Assembly (NCBI GenBank): GCA_028023455.1
Contig: JAQFVV010000006.1
Span: 17,422,001 to 17,486,000 of the forward strand
Length of the DNA: 64,000 bases
Direction of reading: 5' to 3'
Origin: Epiperipatus broadwayi
Taxonomy: Eukaryota > Animalia > Onychophora
Shown here one piece after another: positions 1 to 12,203 of the stretch. The notes beneath the pieces are model-generated. The model saw only the letters and a list, made by a program, of their open reading frames with translations, was not told the origin of the DNA and searched no databases. Made by a program: the position numbers and the translations under genes. Position 1 is the stretch's first letter. Each line of letters opens with the position of its first letter.

Positions 1-367
1 AGCAAGACCGGGGTCTATTTTTTTTTTTTTTTTTATTCACTAACTTTTGGAAAGAAATGAAAGTATTGAAATCAAACTGACTGCATTTATTATTTTACGT
101 ATGTGTGTGTGTGTGTGTTTTAATGAATGCATGTAAATTATATATCTTTATCAATGGTCTAAATGAATTTTAAAATTAAATTATTACAGATGTTTGTCAT
201 ATGTATATGCACGTGTTTGTAAATATATATAAACATGTATATTTTAATAAAAGTTAGCGAGGGGGGTAATTATCCAATAACAGAATTTGATTATTATTTA
301 TTATAAATTATTTTTAACATCTAATAAATAAATTTGTGTAGATTTTTCTATTTTACTTATCAATATT

Positions 368-687
368 TAATTATAAGGTACTTAAACTCGAATTTTCAAG
401 CTCTCTATATCTATCCAATCTATCTTATATGACTAATACAGATGACCACATACATGTGAAAAAGATAAATGATCTCCAATATCCATATTTCGTGCTGAAC
501 CAGCACTCATCAGTTAACCCAGATCACCATCTCCCACACATATATACAATCAGTGCTCAGCATGAAATACGTATATTGGAGATCATCTATCTTTTTCACA
601 TGTATGTAGTCATGTGTATCAGTTGTATAAGATAGATTGGATAGATTTAGGGAGCTTGAAAAGTCGAGTTCAAATCCCTTATAATTA
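368..687. mobile_element. Foldback element family A, copy 1 (internally deleted), HHR-bearing
   Basis: About 368-498 is the reverse complement of about 557-687 (e.g. aactcgaattttcaagctctctatatctatccaatc / gattggatagatttagggagcttgaaaagtcgagtt). Homologous to 6678-7648, 13628-13933 and 43615-44403. Confidence 0.9.
471..525 (-). ncRNA. Type I hammerhead ribozyme, intact catalytic core
   Basis: Minus strand reads GAUCU-GGG-UUAA CUGAUGA GUGCUG-guu-CAGCAC GAAA UAUGGA UA UUGG-AGAUC. Core CUGAUGA/GAAA/UH present, stem II is a perfect 6 bp, stem I is bulged, stem III is weakened in this copy. Confidence 0.85.
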
Positions 688-869
688 CATTAATGTTACT
701 AGAGACAATATACATATATTTAAATATTATGCAATATTTTTGCATAAATAAATAAGTTTATTCTATTGGAGTTTTTAATCATTGTATTAATAATAGATGG
801 TTGTCATCTAATATTTTATGTAAATCTTTAAAATAAAATAAACATTCTCATCAACAGCTATCCTGTTTA

Positions 870-2330
870 AAGTAATAATAGACCACCTTAGAAGAAAAAT
901 AGGGTCCATTGTTTTGCAATTGGATATAAGGTCTGCATTTGATTCAGTTCCTATATCTAAATTACTACACTTACTTAAAGAATATACTATACTAATCCCA
1001 TACCTCTACATATTGGCAAATCTACTTATAAATAGAGAAGTTTTCATCACACTCAATGGAAAAACACTCTCTGGATTTCATCCACATAATTCTATTCCTC
1101 AAGGCTCCCCACCCTCTCTCTGCTCTCTTCACAGCTTATATCAACCCCTTTCTTTTGAAAATAGAAAGCAAAATTCAAGGAAAACATATTCCTATAATTA
1201 ATCAAACCATTAACCACATCTCCTATATGAATGCTTAGTTATTTTTCTCCCATCAAAGAAAACTCCTTCCTTTACTCTCATTGCACTTAATATTTATACT
1301 AACAATTTTTCAATCCACTTAAAATAAAAACAAATCTTCTACTTGGAATATTCTTATAGCTGAGACCATTCCTTTCAATTTTACCTCTGTTCCTCATAAA
1401 TTTTTAGGTTTCCTAATGCATCTCTATATAATGCAATGAAAACTATTATTCAAAATCAGCTTATTGTTTTGGTTGAAAGCACTATCAATGTATTATCCAA
1501 AGTGTACCTTTCAATATATGCTATGGTACCACTAATCAACATTTTAATATTTCCTAAAATTAATGATTTCTTATCCATTATTAAGTTTACTTCCTTATTT
1601 AAAAGAAAATACTCTTTTATCACCAAAGTAGTCTGGAATAAAGAATCAGTAGTTCTAAGCATAAGAAATATGCAAAAGCATCTTAAATTCCATGGTCTCT
1701 CATTACATGGCATTTCTACATTTTATCTTCAGAGAGCCATTAATGAAATAACTAAACTAATTAATTTTTTCCCAGGTGTTAATAGTGTAATTCCTGTTAA
1801 TCCTACTGATACTCCACCACTCATTAAGGGTTAATACTTCTCATAAGTAAACACACTACTCTCTCCCATAATCTATTTCTAAATAAAAATAACTATTGGC
1901 AAATATATGTAATCGAAAATTGTTATGTAGTAACAAATACTTGTAAAAAAGTTCAGATATTGACACCGGGAATCCACCTATCTGGATTTCTTAATAAATG
2001 TCAAAGTCCTTCCTACTAATTATTTTCTCTCCTACAAGTGACACTTCACAAATATAGATCCATTATGTGCCCTCTGTAATAGAAATGAAGCAACATTGGA
2101 ACACTTTCTTATGGATTGTTTCTCACTTCTTCCTTGTCATACTCTTATCACTAACATTTCTCATTCAAACTCAGTAACAATCAATAACATCATAAAAAAT
2201 ATGCAGAGTAATCTTTCTCAATATAAGAATTACTACATTCATTCTTTTCCCACTCTGCTTCATAAAATACTATCTAAGTTTTAACCCCACATCTCACAAT
2301 ACTACACCACACACCACTTTTTCCCCAAAA
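870..2330 (+). mobile_element. Degenerate L1/Tx1-like LINE ORF2 remnant
   Basis: LDIRSAFDSV...NGKTLS...PQGSP RT motifs (ORF 914-1201), decayed YADD region (NHISYMNA), C-terminal CALCNRNEATLEHFLMDC CCHC knuckle at about 2065-2120. Many stops and frameshifts. Confidence 0.85.
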
Positions 2331-2469
2331 AATTAAATAACATTACGATTAGAGATCAAACCCATGCACCAGCTGATATTTTTGCAGCTACATGGAATAT
2401 GTTCCTATTAACAACTATGCAGTGACATGGCTATTAAATATATTAATTAAGATGCATTATATATATATA

Positions 2470-2937
2470 TGAAAAACAAAAACAAGTTATAATCACATAA
2501 CTTGTTATCACTTGTATTTGTGATCAGTAGATGGCGTTTTACCAAAACCACCGAACAAGCGTATATTTGTTTACATGAACATCAAAAGAGTCAGAATTCA
2601 CTCTCTTTCATTTGCGCCACCTTCAGATCAGCTGATTTCAAGCTAATTTGCTATCATCAGTGAAGGATAGGGCTAGAAACTAGATCTAAACACTGACTCC
2701 AAGCGTTTATGCAAAAAAATTTTATCAGTTTGCAAGCATGAATTTTTCAGACACGTAATGTCTTCAAACCCAGCCTAACAAGCCAGATAGCTACATGGGT
2801 CTGATATCAGTTCAGTTTCACCACATAGTCAAAGCCTCTGCAATATATATCATTACAAAAACCTTTAAAAGTACGTTTATGAAAAATAAAAACAAGTTAT
2901 AATCATGTAACTTGTTATCGCTTGTATTTATGATCAA
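2470..2937 (-). mobile_element. 410-bp HHR-bearing unit with about 58-bp terminal direct repeats (retrozyme-like or PLE pLTR derivative)
   Basis: tgaaaaa(c/t)aaaaacaagttataatca..aacttgttatc(a/g)cttgtattt(g/a)tgatca occurs at about 2470-2527 and about 2880-2937; an HHR lies between them. Confidence 0.65.
2620..2666 (-). ncRNA. Type I hammerhead ribozyme
   Basis: Minus strand reads CCUUCA CUGAUGA UAGC-aaauua-GCUU GAAA UCAGCUGA UC UGAAGG. Stem I is a perfect 6 bp, core intact, stem III palindromic (AUCAGCUGAU), AUC cleavage triplet, U.U mismatch at the base of stem II. Confidence 0.85.
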
Positions 2938-3093
2938 TATATATATATATATTGATTTGCTCAATTATATGAATATCTATCATATTCCTTTTCTACTTGA
3001 AATCTCTTGTTTTAATAAGACTTGTAAATAATCTCCGATGTATAAAATAAACCTAATAAAGTTAATTTAAAACTAACATAAACATTCTTAAGG

Positions 3094-3227
3094 TTGAAGA
3101 TGCTCTATATATCTTCACAACTTTAATCATAAACAACCAATTTATTTGAAAATTTTATTTGAAGATGCTCTATATATCTTCACAACTTTAATCATAAACA
3201 ACCAATTTATTTGAAAATTTTATTTGA
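3094..3227. repeat. Exact 65-bp tandem duplication
   Basis: gaagatgctctatatatcttcacaactttaatcataaacaaccaatttatttgaaaattttattt starts at 3096 and again at 3161. Confidence 0.95.
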
Positions 3228-4019
3228 CTTAGTAGCTGTGCATAACTGCCAAAAGTATGAGAGATTACATAAGAGCACCATTAGCCATATACAGAATACT
3301 TAAACAATGTTCTATATTTTTGTTGTTGTAGGGAATAGCATGTTCACATCAATTCCTTTGATTTCAGCTTCATTTTTCTGGCCATTGAAGTGCTATATAC
3401 ATGGACTAGGTGATTTCATCCAAAGCATCCAAGGTATGCATTCTATGTAATAAGTGTCAAAAGACTATAGTAAAAGGAGCCCCCCTCTCCTCTCTCAATA
3501 ATTCTACAGCTCACGATTTAATTCTCATTCTGGATTAAAGTAGTAAACTCATTCTATATTTTTTCCTTATATATTGCATATATAAAATACATATTAAGAT
3601 GGTAAGTGTCCAATATAAATTTTCCACTTTATTTGGTTTCTGTGTATATGTCTTTAATGTTTGTCATATGCATTGGCACCAAAACATTTGTTTAAGAATC
3701 TAGTAATTCAAAATATTCAATAAATACAAGTACCTTTTTGTAGATAGTAGCTATGTATATGAGAGCAAGAAGTGTCTCAAAAGCACTCAGCTAAAATAGT
3801 ATTTTATATTTGCTTTCGATTATATATACTAGCTTCATTATTTCTGTGTACAGCACATATATATATATATAATATATTTTTGTAATATTGTGCCCCAACA
3901 AATATTTTTATCTAGTGTTCTGTGTGGGTGTATGTATATATATATAGAAACTTGCAGGATCAGTTAGTGAGTGTGTTTATGCAGTGCCTCTTAATGTCAT
4001 TGTGGCCTTTAATTCATTT

Positions 4020-5270
4020 CCTATTGACAAATCCTGAAAATCCTTAAAGAACATAATATATGTACTTCCATTTTCTACATATTAGCTAATTTACTCAACA
4101 ACAGATAAATTTACATTATGTTAAGTGGGCATAGCTCTCCCAGGTTCTTCCCATATTACTCTATATTGCAAGGTTACCCTCAAGTACATTTCTTTGTCTG
4201 AGTTACATTAATTCATTATTATCAAAGATCCAAAATAAACTACCATGAATTTATAGCTCCTTTGTAAATCAAATAGCATATATGGATGACTTAGTTATCT
4301 TATATCAAAGAAATATCTCTCAACTAATTGCCATTCTAAATAATTGTACAGAAAAATACTATCTCAAATTCAACAGAGAAAAATCCTCTTCATGGAATAT
4401 TCTCTCAGGTAATAAAGTAAACTCACCTTTTGCTGCTTACCACCTAAATTCTTAGGTTTCCCAATTTTTTTTTCTGCAAATGCTATGAAATCTGAAATCC
4501 CAACTGAACTCTTCACCTCTATGGAAAACAGAACTCGCTATCTAAAGCATATTTATCTATATATGCAAAAGTAACTTATCATTAATGTTTTGAATTTCCC
4601 CCAAAACCTTCTATTATGCATCTACCATTAAGTATATTACATCCTTCATCAAAAAAAATAAATTCAGTATGTAATAAATTTATCTGGAACGAAAATAATA
4701 TCAATTACGATCAAATCAATGCAAAAACATGGACCCACATTACATCGTATATTAATATACTATCTTGCAGAGAGCAATAATAAAAATTCTCCAGTGTTAT
4801 AGACTTAATCTATGGAATACACTACCACTGATCAAAAATCATTTCATTAAAAGATTAATCACAGCTATAATTAAATACATTACACCAGGTTCAAAATTAT
4901 TTGCAACACAAATTAAATATTGGGATGTGCATGTAATACTACTTATTAAAGAATTAATTAATCCACCAAAAATATCTAGACTTAAATTTATTAATAAACA
5001 GATCATTTAAAAATTTAAATTTTGTTATTTAGATCCAAAATAGTTTGATTTTTTAATTAAAATCAACCTTGAGGCTCTTCCTAGCAATGTCTGTCTAGCC
5101 AAAAAAAAGGTTATTTGCAAATGTAGATTTAATATGTTCTTTATGTCACAAGGAAGAAGAAACCGTGGAGCATTTCCTTAATGATTGTTGCAGCATTGCT
5201 GAAATATAATAATTTCAAACCCAATATTTCAAATCCCTTTTCTCCCATTGATAAATAGTATAAGTAGAGA
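4020..5270 (+). mobile_element. Degenerate L1/Tx1-like LINE ORF2 remnant
   Basis: QIAYMDDLVIL...LKFNREKS (RT YxDD) at about 4270-4385 and DLICSLCHKEEETVEHFLNDC CCHC knuckle at about 5123-5190. Confidence 0.8.
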
Positions 5271-6020
5271 GCTTTTCTAACTACATTTATACTTTTTTAT
5301 CATATGGTTTCTAAGGTTTCATTTTTGGTTTAACTGATATTTCGGAAGCTTCAATCACTTTTCTATAGCAAAGTAGCTAAAATAACGAACAGAGACCAAG
5401 CACACATTCCGCCTGAGATCTTTTTGGCCACATGGAGTTTATTTAGTCAAGCTATAAACAACACTGTAATTGTTACACCTTTTAAAAAAAAAAAACCCCT
5501 CTTTATACTCTGTGTTAGCTCATATAAAATATACTTTCTGTAAACTCATATACATATTCAACACTGTGGTTGGATTTTATATTTATTAAGTCCTCTCTTT
5601 AGGATATGAAAACACAATGAAATGTCCCAATCTTTGCATGTCACATTTAATCATATATCGTGTAACATAATATAAGCTTTTACTTGGAATAAAATATGCT
5701 TTAAAACTACTTTTATATTTCATTTTGAAATATATTTATATATTGACAAAATAAATTCATAGTTTTGTTACGAGTAGTCATCAACATAACAGCGCTTAAC
5801 AATAAATAGTGTTTAAACATACTGTTTACTTCCTTTTTCTATATATGTATATTGTTGAATATTGTGCTGATTCGTCTTGGCCCTTTAATCTGAACTTCTG
5901 ATGTGTATAATGTATACATACGAATTTATAATGGTCACTATTATTATTTTTTTAATGATAGAATTTTTATAATATTTGAAGTACAAGTATAATTTATATA
6001 CTTGGAGTTTAAATGCAGTA

Positions 6021-6112
6021 ATAAAGGATTTGAACACAGATTTTCAAGCCCCCTCCAGATAGAGTGGATGGCTGGAGGGGGGGGGGGTTGAACGTCTGTT
6101 CAAATTCTTTAT
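6021..6112. mobile_element. Family A miniature copy (termini only)
   Basis: ataaaggatttgaacacagattttcaagccccc ... ggggttgaacgtctgttcaaattctttat; same terminal motif as the long copies. Confidence 0.7.
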
Positions 6113-6677
6113 TATATTATTTTATACAATATAGGTTACTTACCTTTGATATATGAAATGCAAAATTATTGATACTGATTTATTTCTAAAGGTTTTCTTT
6201 ATTATTCTATGCTGTTATTAAACTAAGCTTGGGATTATATATAGTTGGTTATTTTGTATACATATACTTTAAAAACTTGCAGAAAAGTACTTTTCATTAT
6301 AAGTCTTCTTGAAGATTAAGTTGCCTGTCGTACATTTTCTCTTCTCAGTCTCTTATTTGCATTAACTGAAGGACGTAATTTTTTTTTTTTTTTGTTCTTA
6401 AACTGTTTTAAAATCTGGTTGACAATCTATTTTGATTTCTTTTAAATTAACCTGTTGGAATCTTTGTTAATGTATCAATTTAACTTAAATTTCCGTAATT
6501 TGTTCTAAAACACCAAAAAAAGAAAAAGAAGAAATGGCCTCGCAGCTCATTTGAAAAAAAAAAAAAAAATTACACGGCTATTTTAATAAATTTGTTTAAT
6601 CGTAAAACTTTTGGAGTTTTAGCTATTTAAAAGAATGATTAACTTATTCATTTAGTATATTGAATGTTTACTATAGT

Positions 6678-7648
6678 AAATAGAAGGATTTGAACCTAGT
6701 CTATATTCATCCTACCCTCCATCTCAAACAACCGATACACATGGCCACACACACGTGAAAAATATAAATGATCTCCGGTATCCATATTTCGTGTGAACCA
6801 GGACTCTTCCGTTGGGCTAGTTCATGATCTCTCACACATATATACAATCAGTGCCCCTCATATTTAAGATAGCAATTCCTCAAACTTTAATGGATAGGCT
6901 TCAATCTTCTCACCCTTCCAACAATTCAACCATCCATTTCATTGAAAAACCAATAATGGAATGCTCAAAGTTCTTGGTGGATTTGATATTATCACACCCA
7001 TGTAGTTGTTATGTAAATTTAATCCTTCACATTATCAAGCCATTACATACATATCCGTTTATATTAATAGAAGAGTGATGGACTAGGCATAAGTGTGAAG
7101 ATAGCCATTCCTCAAACTTTAATGGACAGGCTTCAGTCGTCTCACCCTTCCAACAATTCAACTGTCCATTTCATTGAAAAACCATTCATGGAAATGCTCA
7201 AAGCCGTTGATAGATTTGGTATTGTAACCACACGTATGTCCAGCCCATCCTATTAATATAAGGAGATAGGTAATGGCTTAATAATATGAGAGGTTAAATT
7301 GATGTAATTTCTACAGGGGTGTGACTACAATATCAAATCCACCAAGAACTTTAAGCATTCCATCATTGGTTTTCAATGAATGAACAGTTGAATTGTTGGA
7401 AGAGTGAGAAGATTGAAGCCTGTTCCATTAAATTTTGAGGAATTGCTATCTTAATATAAGCTGAGCACTGATTGTATATATGAGTAGAAGATTATGACCT
7501 GGCCCAACTGATTAGTGCCTGTTCAGCATGAAATACATTTGTTGGGGATCAATTATCTTTTCCACATGTGTGGTCATGTGTCTCTGACTGTTTGAGATGG
7601 AATAAAGGAGGAATATAGACTGAAAATCCTAAGTTCAAATCCCTCTTT
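6678..7648. mobile_element. Foldback family A, copy 2 (longest; about 420-bp inverted arms, degenerate HHR in each arm)
   Basis: 6678-7097 is the reverse complement of about 7229-7648. The centre 7098-7228 is a direct copy of about 6866-6995. HHR remnants at 6770-6822 (minus, CGGAAGA) and 7496-7550 (plus, CUGAUUA). Confidence 0.9.
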
Positions 7649-8256
7649 ATGAAAAAGAATAATTTAAAATCTAATAATTTTATTTATTATTATGAAATTA
7701 AAAATACATACATTCATTAAATTTAGTTGAATATAATATTTTTTGAATAATATCTGATAAAAACTTATATATATAATTTGATGGATAATATTTGGTGGTT
7801 ACATAACATTCAAACAACTAATGGCAAGTGGAGATTTCATCCAGTGATTTTTAGCTATCAAGTCTATTATATTACCCCTGTGATAACACTGCATGAAGCA
7901 AATAATTAGATAGGACTTGAGAATATTTGGATTAATAATTGACAGATTGAGTTTTGATCCAGGAATCTTCTGCTCCTGACCCCATCACTGGGTTAAATTG
8001 CACAGGTAAACTGCCATATGCACATATTTAAATGGTGGCTAAACATTATGCCAGTAGAAAATAGTGTATAATTAATTTATAGAAATTTCTGTAATGTGCT
8101 CTATAATACAAATTATGAAGTGCAAATACAGATAGAATATATCTGTATTATGATGTAGGTAGCCATAATCCTTATTAGAATTTTGCTTTTTTTTAGAGAA
8201 TTTAGAGGAGATGCATGAAGAAATATTTGGCAAATGAACAAGCTACATAGTTATAT

Positions 8257-8320
8257 GATAAATATTTCTACTTTTTCTGATTACAGATAAATATTTCTAC
8301 TCTCTTTGATTACAGATAAA
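8257..8320. repeat. 29-bp tandem repeat (about 2.2 copies)
   Basis: gataaatatttctactYtYtYtgattaca starts at 8257 and 8286, with a partial third copy at 8315. Confidence 0.9.
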
Positions 8321-11300
8321 GCTGCAAGAAAAATAAAATAGATCTGTGCTTTGCTGACTTTCAGAAATCATCCAACTCAGTATTGATTAAAGTCAGTTGG
8401 ACCTTACTTGAATCCAATAGAATAGGTAAAATGTATATGGTATTTAAAAATAACTACTAAAATTGCTACTTTGAAAAATAAAAAGCACAGTACTCTCAAG
8501 CATATTCATCACACATCTGAAACCCAATTGATAAGATAAACAAAAACTGCAAAGGAAGATTAGAATCAATAGCACGAGGATGAAGGAAAAAAACATAATC
8601 ACCTACCATCTGTCTATTATCTCAGCTTTGATAGCAATGACTTCCAGCATACTTTATTTTATTATTGTTATTTACTGGTGTCTTTTTCTTTTTGATGGGG
8701 GTTGTCGCGAAGTTAAACTTTTTTTTGATAAATTATTTGTAAAAAAATATACAGGCTACTTTAATTACTTTTAAATTTATTTAATCATGGAATTGCTAAG
8801 CAGAAAGAAGAAATATTCTTTATATATCAATATGGTCAAAATAGTGCTAAGAAATTAAAAGACAGATTAGAAAACTCACTAGTGATTTAGACTGCCAAAA
8901 ATGAGCAAGGAGGAGGCAAGAAAGTAGTTATACACTACAACCACGATTTGAGAAAGCAAAGAAGTTATTCCAGTTAAATACACTAGTCATTTACATCTTT
9001 ACTAATATGTTGGTGATAAAAATAATTCAATGAAAAAGAGTTTTGTATTTGAAATATATATTTGTTAAAAAGTAGTTATCTAAAATGCAAAATCTCTCCA
9101 GTGAAGATTTAAACAAATATGAATCACCAGAGTATATATTATTTTCCACTTGTCTTGGACAGTGATTGTAAAAACCCTGACTTTTAGTAATGCAAACAAA
9201 AAGAGATCTGATAAAGGAAATAAGGTCAAGTCAGTATTCATTTACTCTGTCTTCTTGTGATGGGAAAAAAACTAGAGCTGTAATGGGGGGAAACCATTAT
9301 ACCTCAAGCTTCGGTATGGTAATGGCTTATGAAAAATTGTAAGTTCAAAGATTTTCTGTTCGAACAGTAGCTACTCTGATCAACTCATCTGTGATTATTG
9401 TTGATGTGTCTGATTGCGTACCACCTTCTTTACAAATGATATACTAGCATCTTCATATGTTTTATTGTTAATGAAGATAAATATTTAATTATCTCTTACA
9501 TTTTAAGAGATAAACAAATCTTTCACCCATTGTATATTTATGGGACTATTTTATTATTTGTAACCATTTAATCTGAAAGCTTGTTTAAATAGTTTATAGA
9601 TTATAAATGGTTATCAAAATTTTGATGAACTCCTGAGTACTAGGAACCAAACAACACTTGGAATGTACCTAACCAGCTAAATTGCACGAGCCTGAGTGGA
9701 GTCTTTTATGATTCTATGCAATATTTTATGCTTTTGAAAATTACATGCATGTTTTGTATTTGGGCATGCATAGAGGCAAATTAAATCATAAAAAATCAGT
9801 AATAAAAATATGAAATTTTGAGAAAAAATTTTATTATAAAGGATTTGAAGTCCGTTATTGTAAATAGCTCTATAAATGTTCCTTTATATATTCACCTCAG
9901 TATTTCGTATTCAATATGATGTGCATAATAATAAAATAAATGAAAGGAAATGATGTAATAGGAACATAAATTTTTAGTAATAATATGAAGTTAATTTTGA
10001 TGATCATTATAAATATCTGACTCAAATGAGACTGTATTTTATTTTGATTACGTGCATGATTTGAACTTGAGTCATGCAAAATAATTAAACAAATGTTATG
10101 AAGATCGTATAAACAAAAGCATGAAATTTTAGTAAACAAAATTTCTTTAATAATATAAAGTACAGTTTAGTCACAGTTATTACAAATATCTCTGTAAATA
10201 TCCTTCTATGAATCATAAGTGATCTTTTATTTTTAAAAAGAACTTTGATGTGATTAAATACATTCAAATATTAATTTGATAATAAAAAGTTTAGGCTTTT
10301 TTTATTCATAATTAAAAGGGGGAGGGGGAATTAGGACAAATTATAATTGTTTATTTGAAAGTATTCCATATTTAAGTTTCATAAGAATATTTAAATTTTA
10401 TAGAAATTTCTAATCTCTTTACATACATATGTCTTATTTCTAATTTAGTGTTATATGATTCATCATAAAAGCAAACTGTTCATTATTTTCTAGTTTTTAG
10501 TATATTGGTATTTTATGTTTTAATTTACTTGCCAATTTGGGATTTTTACTCAATGGTGACGTGATCATGAAGAAAAAATGGGTAAGGTATTTAGACAATT
10601 TATAGAGTGTTTGTTTTTACCAAGATAGTAGAAATAGTCTTCATTTCTATTCTCATTTGAAATCTTATTTTTACACGTTATTAATAATGTGCCTTGGTCT
10701 TGTTTTTAGGAAGCTTCACCATTATTTTATGTGAATAGGTACAAAAATTGACAATCTAATAGTACCTCTCATTAGAAAGTTGGTTCAACAATAAAAGTAA
10801 AAGATAACACAATTATTAAAAAGAGAAATGACATCAAGATGTAAGTGGAAGATTTCTACAAAATACTACATAGTAATAAAGATCGAAAAAAAAAAAAAGC
10901 TGGTACAGTTATATCTTTAGAAATTGCAAGTATTTCAAATGAAAAGATATGTGCATTTAAATTTATGAAAAATAGAAAAATATATACCCTATCCAAGTTT
11001 AATTCTACGATTAACTTCATCCATTATATTTTCTATTAATAATACACCCAAAATATTTGTTATTAATTTTTAATTTATTTAGTTTTTTAAAAATCCATTG
11101 AATTGAATTTTAGTCGTTTTAATATTTATCTTCAGTCCTACTTGTTTGGTTTCATCATATCTTTTATAATGTTTTCGAAGTATTATTTGAAAAACAGCTA
11201 TAGCCGCAAAATACTTTATGTAAAGATCTATTTACCCTTCTAATATTTAGTGTCAATATAATCACTACTATTGCATTTTGATAAATATTTTTCAGAATTT

Positions 11301-12108
11301 AACATTATTTTAGGTCTTTGTATTAATACAGAAATGTTTACATAAGCATATGCTTTCATGTTCTATAAGTCTAATGTAACTCATATTCATTAGACTTTTC
11401 TGTAACTGAATTTCACTCTTTAAATGCATTTAAAACAAACAAACAAACCCCACGTATTTTATTTAGAAATATCTGTTTATTTTGGGTCAAATCTTGTTGC
11501 CAATTTGTGACATATTTCTATTGAACCTTCAAAGTTTGTACACATGTTAGGTATTGATAACAGTGCAGTATGACAATGAAATATTTCGAAATTGGTGGCG
11601 TGGTCGTAATTTCAAAATGCATTGAAATCAGTTATTGTAAATTTTCAGTGATGTTCACTAGATGGCAATATATGTTTTTTTTTTTTAAATATGCTTTCAT
11701 TTAATTTCATGACTAATTCACTTAAAAGCTTTTACAGTTAATTAAAATAGAAAGAAAAAGAAGTGAAAAATGTAATCTTAATTTCTCTTGATTGTTTAAC
11801 TAAAACTTGCCTTTAAAAAAAAAAAAAAAAAGGTTGCCTTCATAAACAAATATATATATATTTCTAACATTCACCACTTTCATTTCAAATATTACCAATA
11901 CGATAACATTATTTATTCTCAGTTTCAATATTTGAATATGGGTAGTTATAAAAAATTCATAATATCTGAAGTCTAAAAAATAATATGTATATCAAGTAAT
12001 TTATTTAAAAAACGTTTTTATTCAATTTGATCAGTAATGCACTAAACAACAAAAAATACTGTATATTTTTTCTTCAATCATACTTTCGGTTGTTATATTC
12101 ACCTTGAA

Positions 12109-12203
12109 ATAAAAGCATGGGGTGTCCATAATTAATTAGTTTAATCAGTACTTTTAAAGCCAGTGATTAAATTAATTAGTTTATGGATACTCCGTGCTTT
12201 CAT
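12109..12203. repeat. Short foldback / mini-MITE (about 40-bp arms)
   Basis: aaagcatggggtgtccataattaattagtttaatca versus the reverse complement of tgattaaattaattagtttatggatactccgtgcttt. Confidence 0.8.

Noticed and set aside
3330-3620. Possible minus-strand RT remnant
   Set aside because: Only faint motif echoes (VNML..., G-rich QG region); too weak to call.
8780-8980. Protein-like frame HGIAKQKEE...KKLKDRLENSL
   Set aside because: Internal stop, no recognisable family, no splice support.
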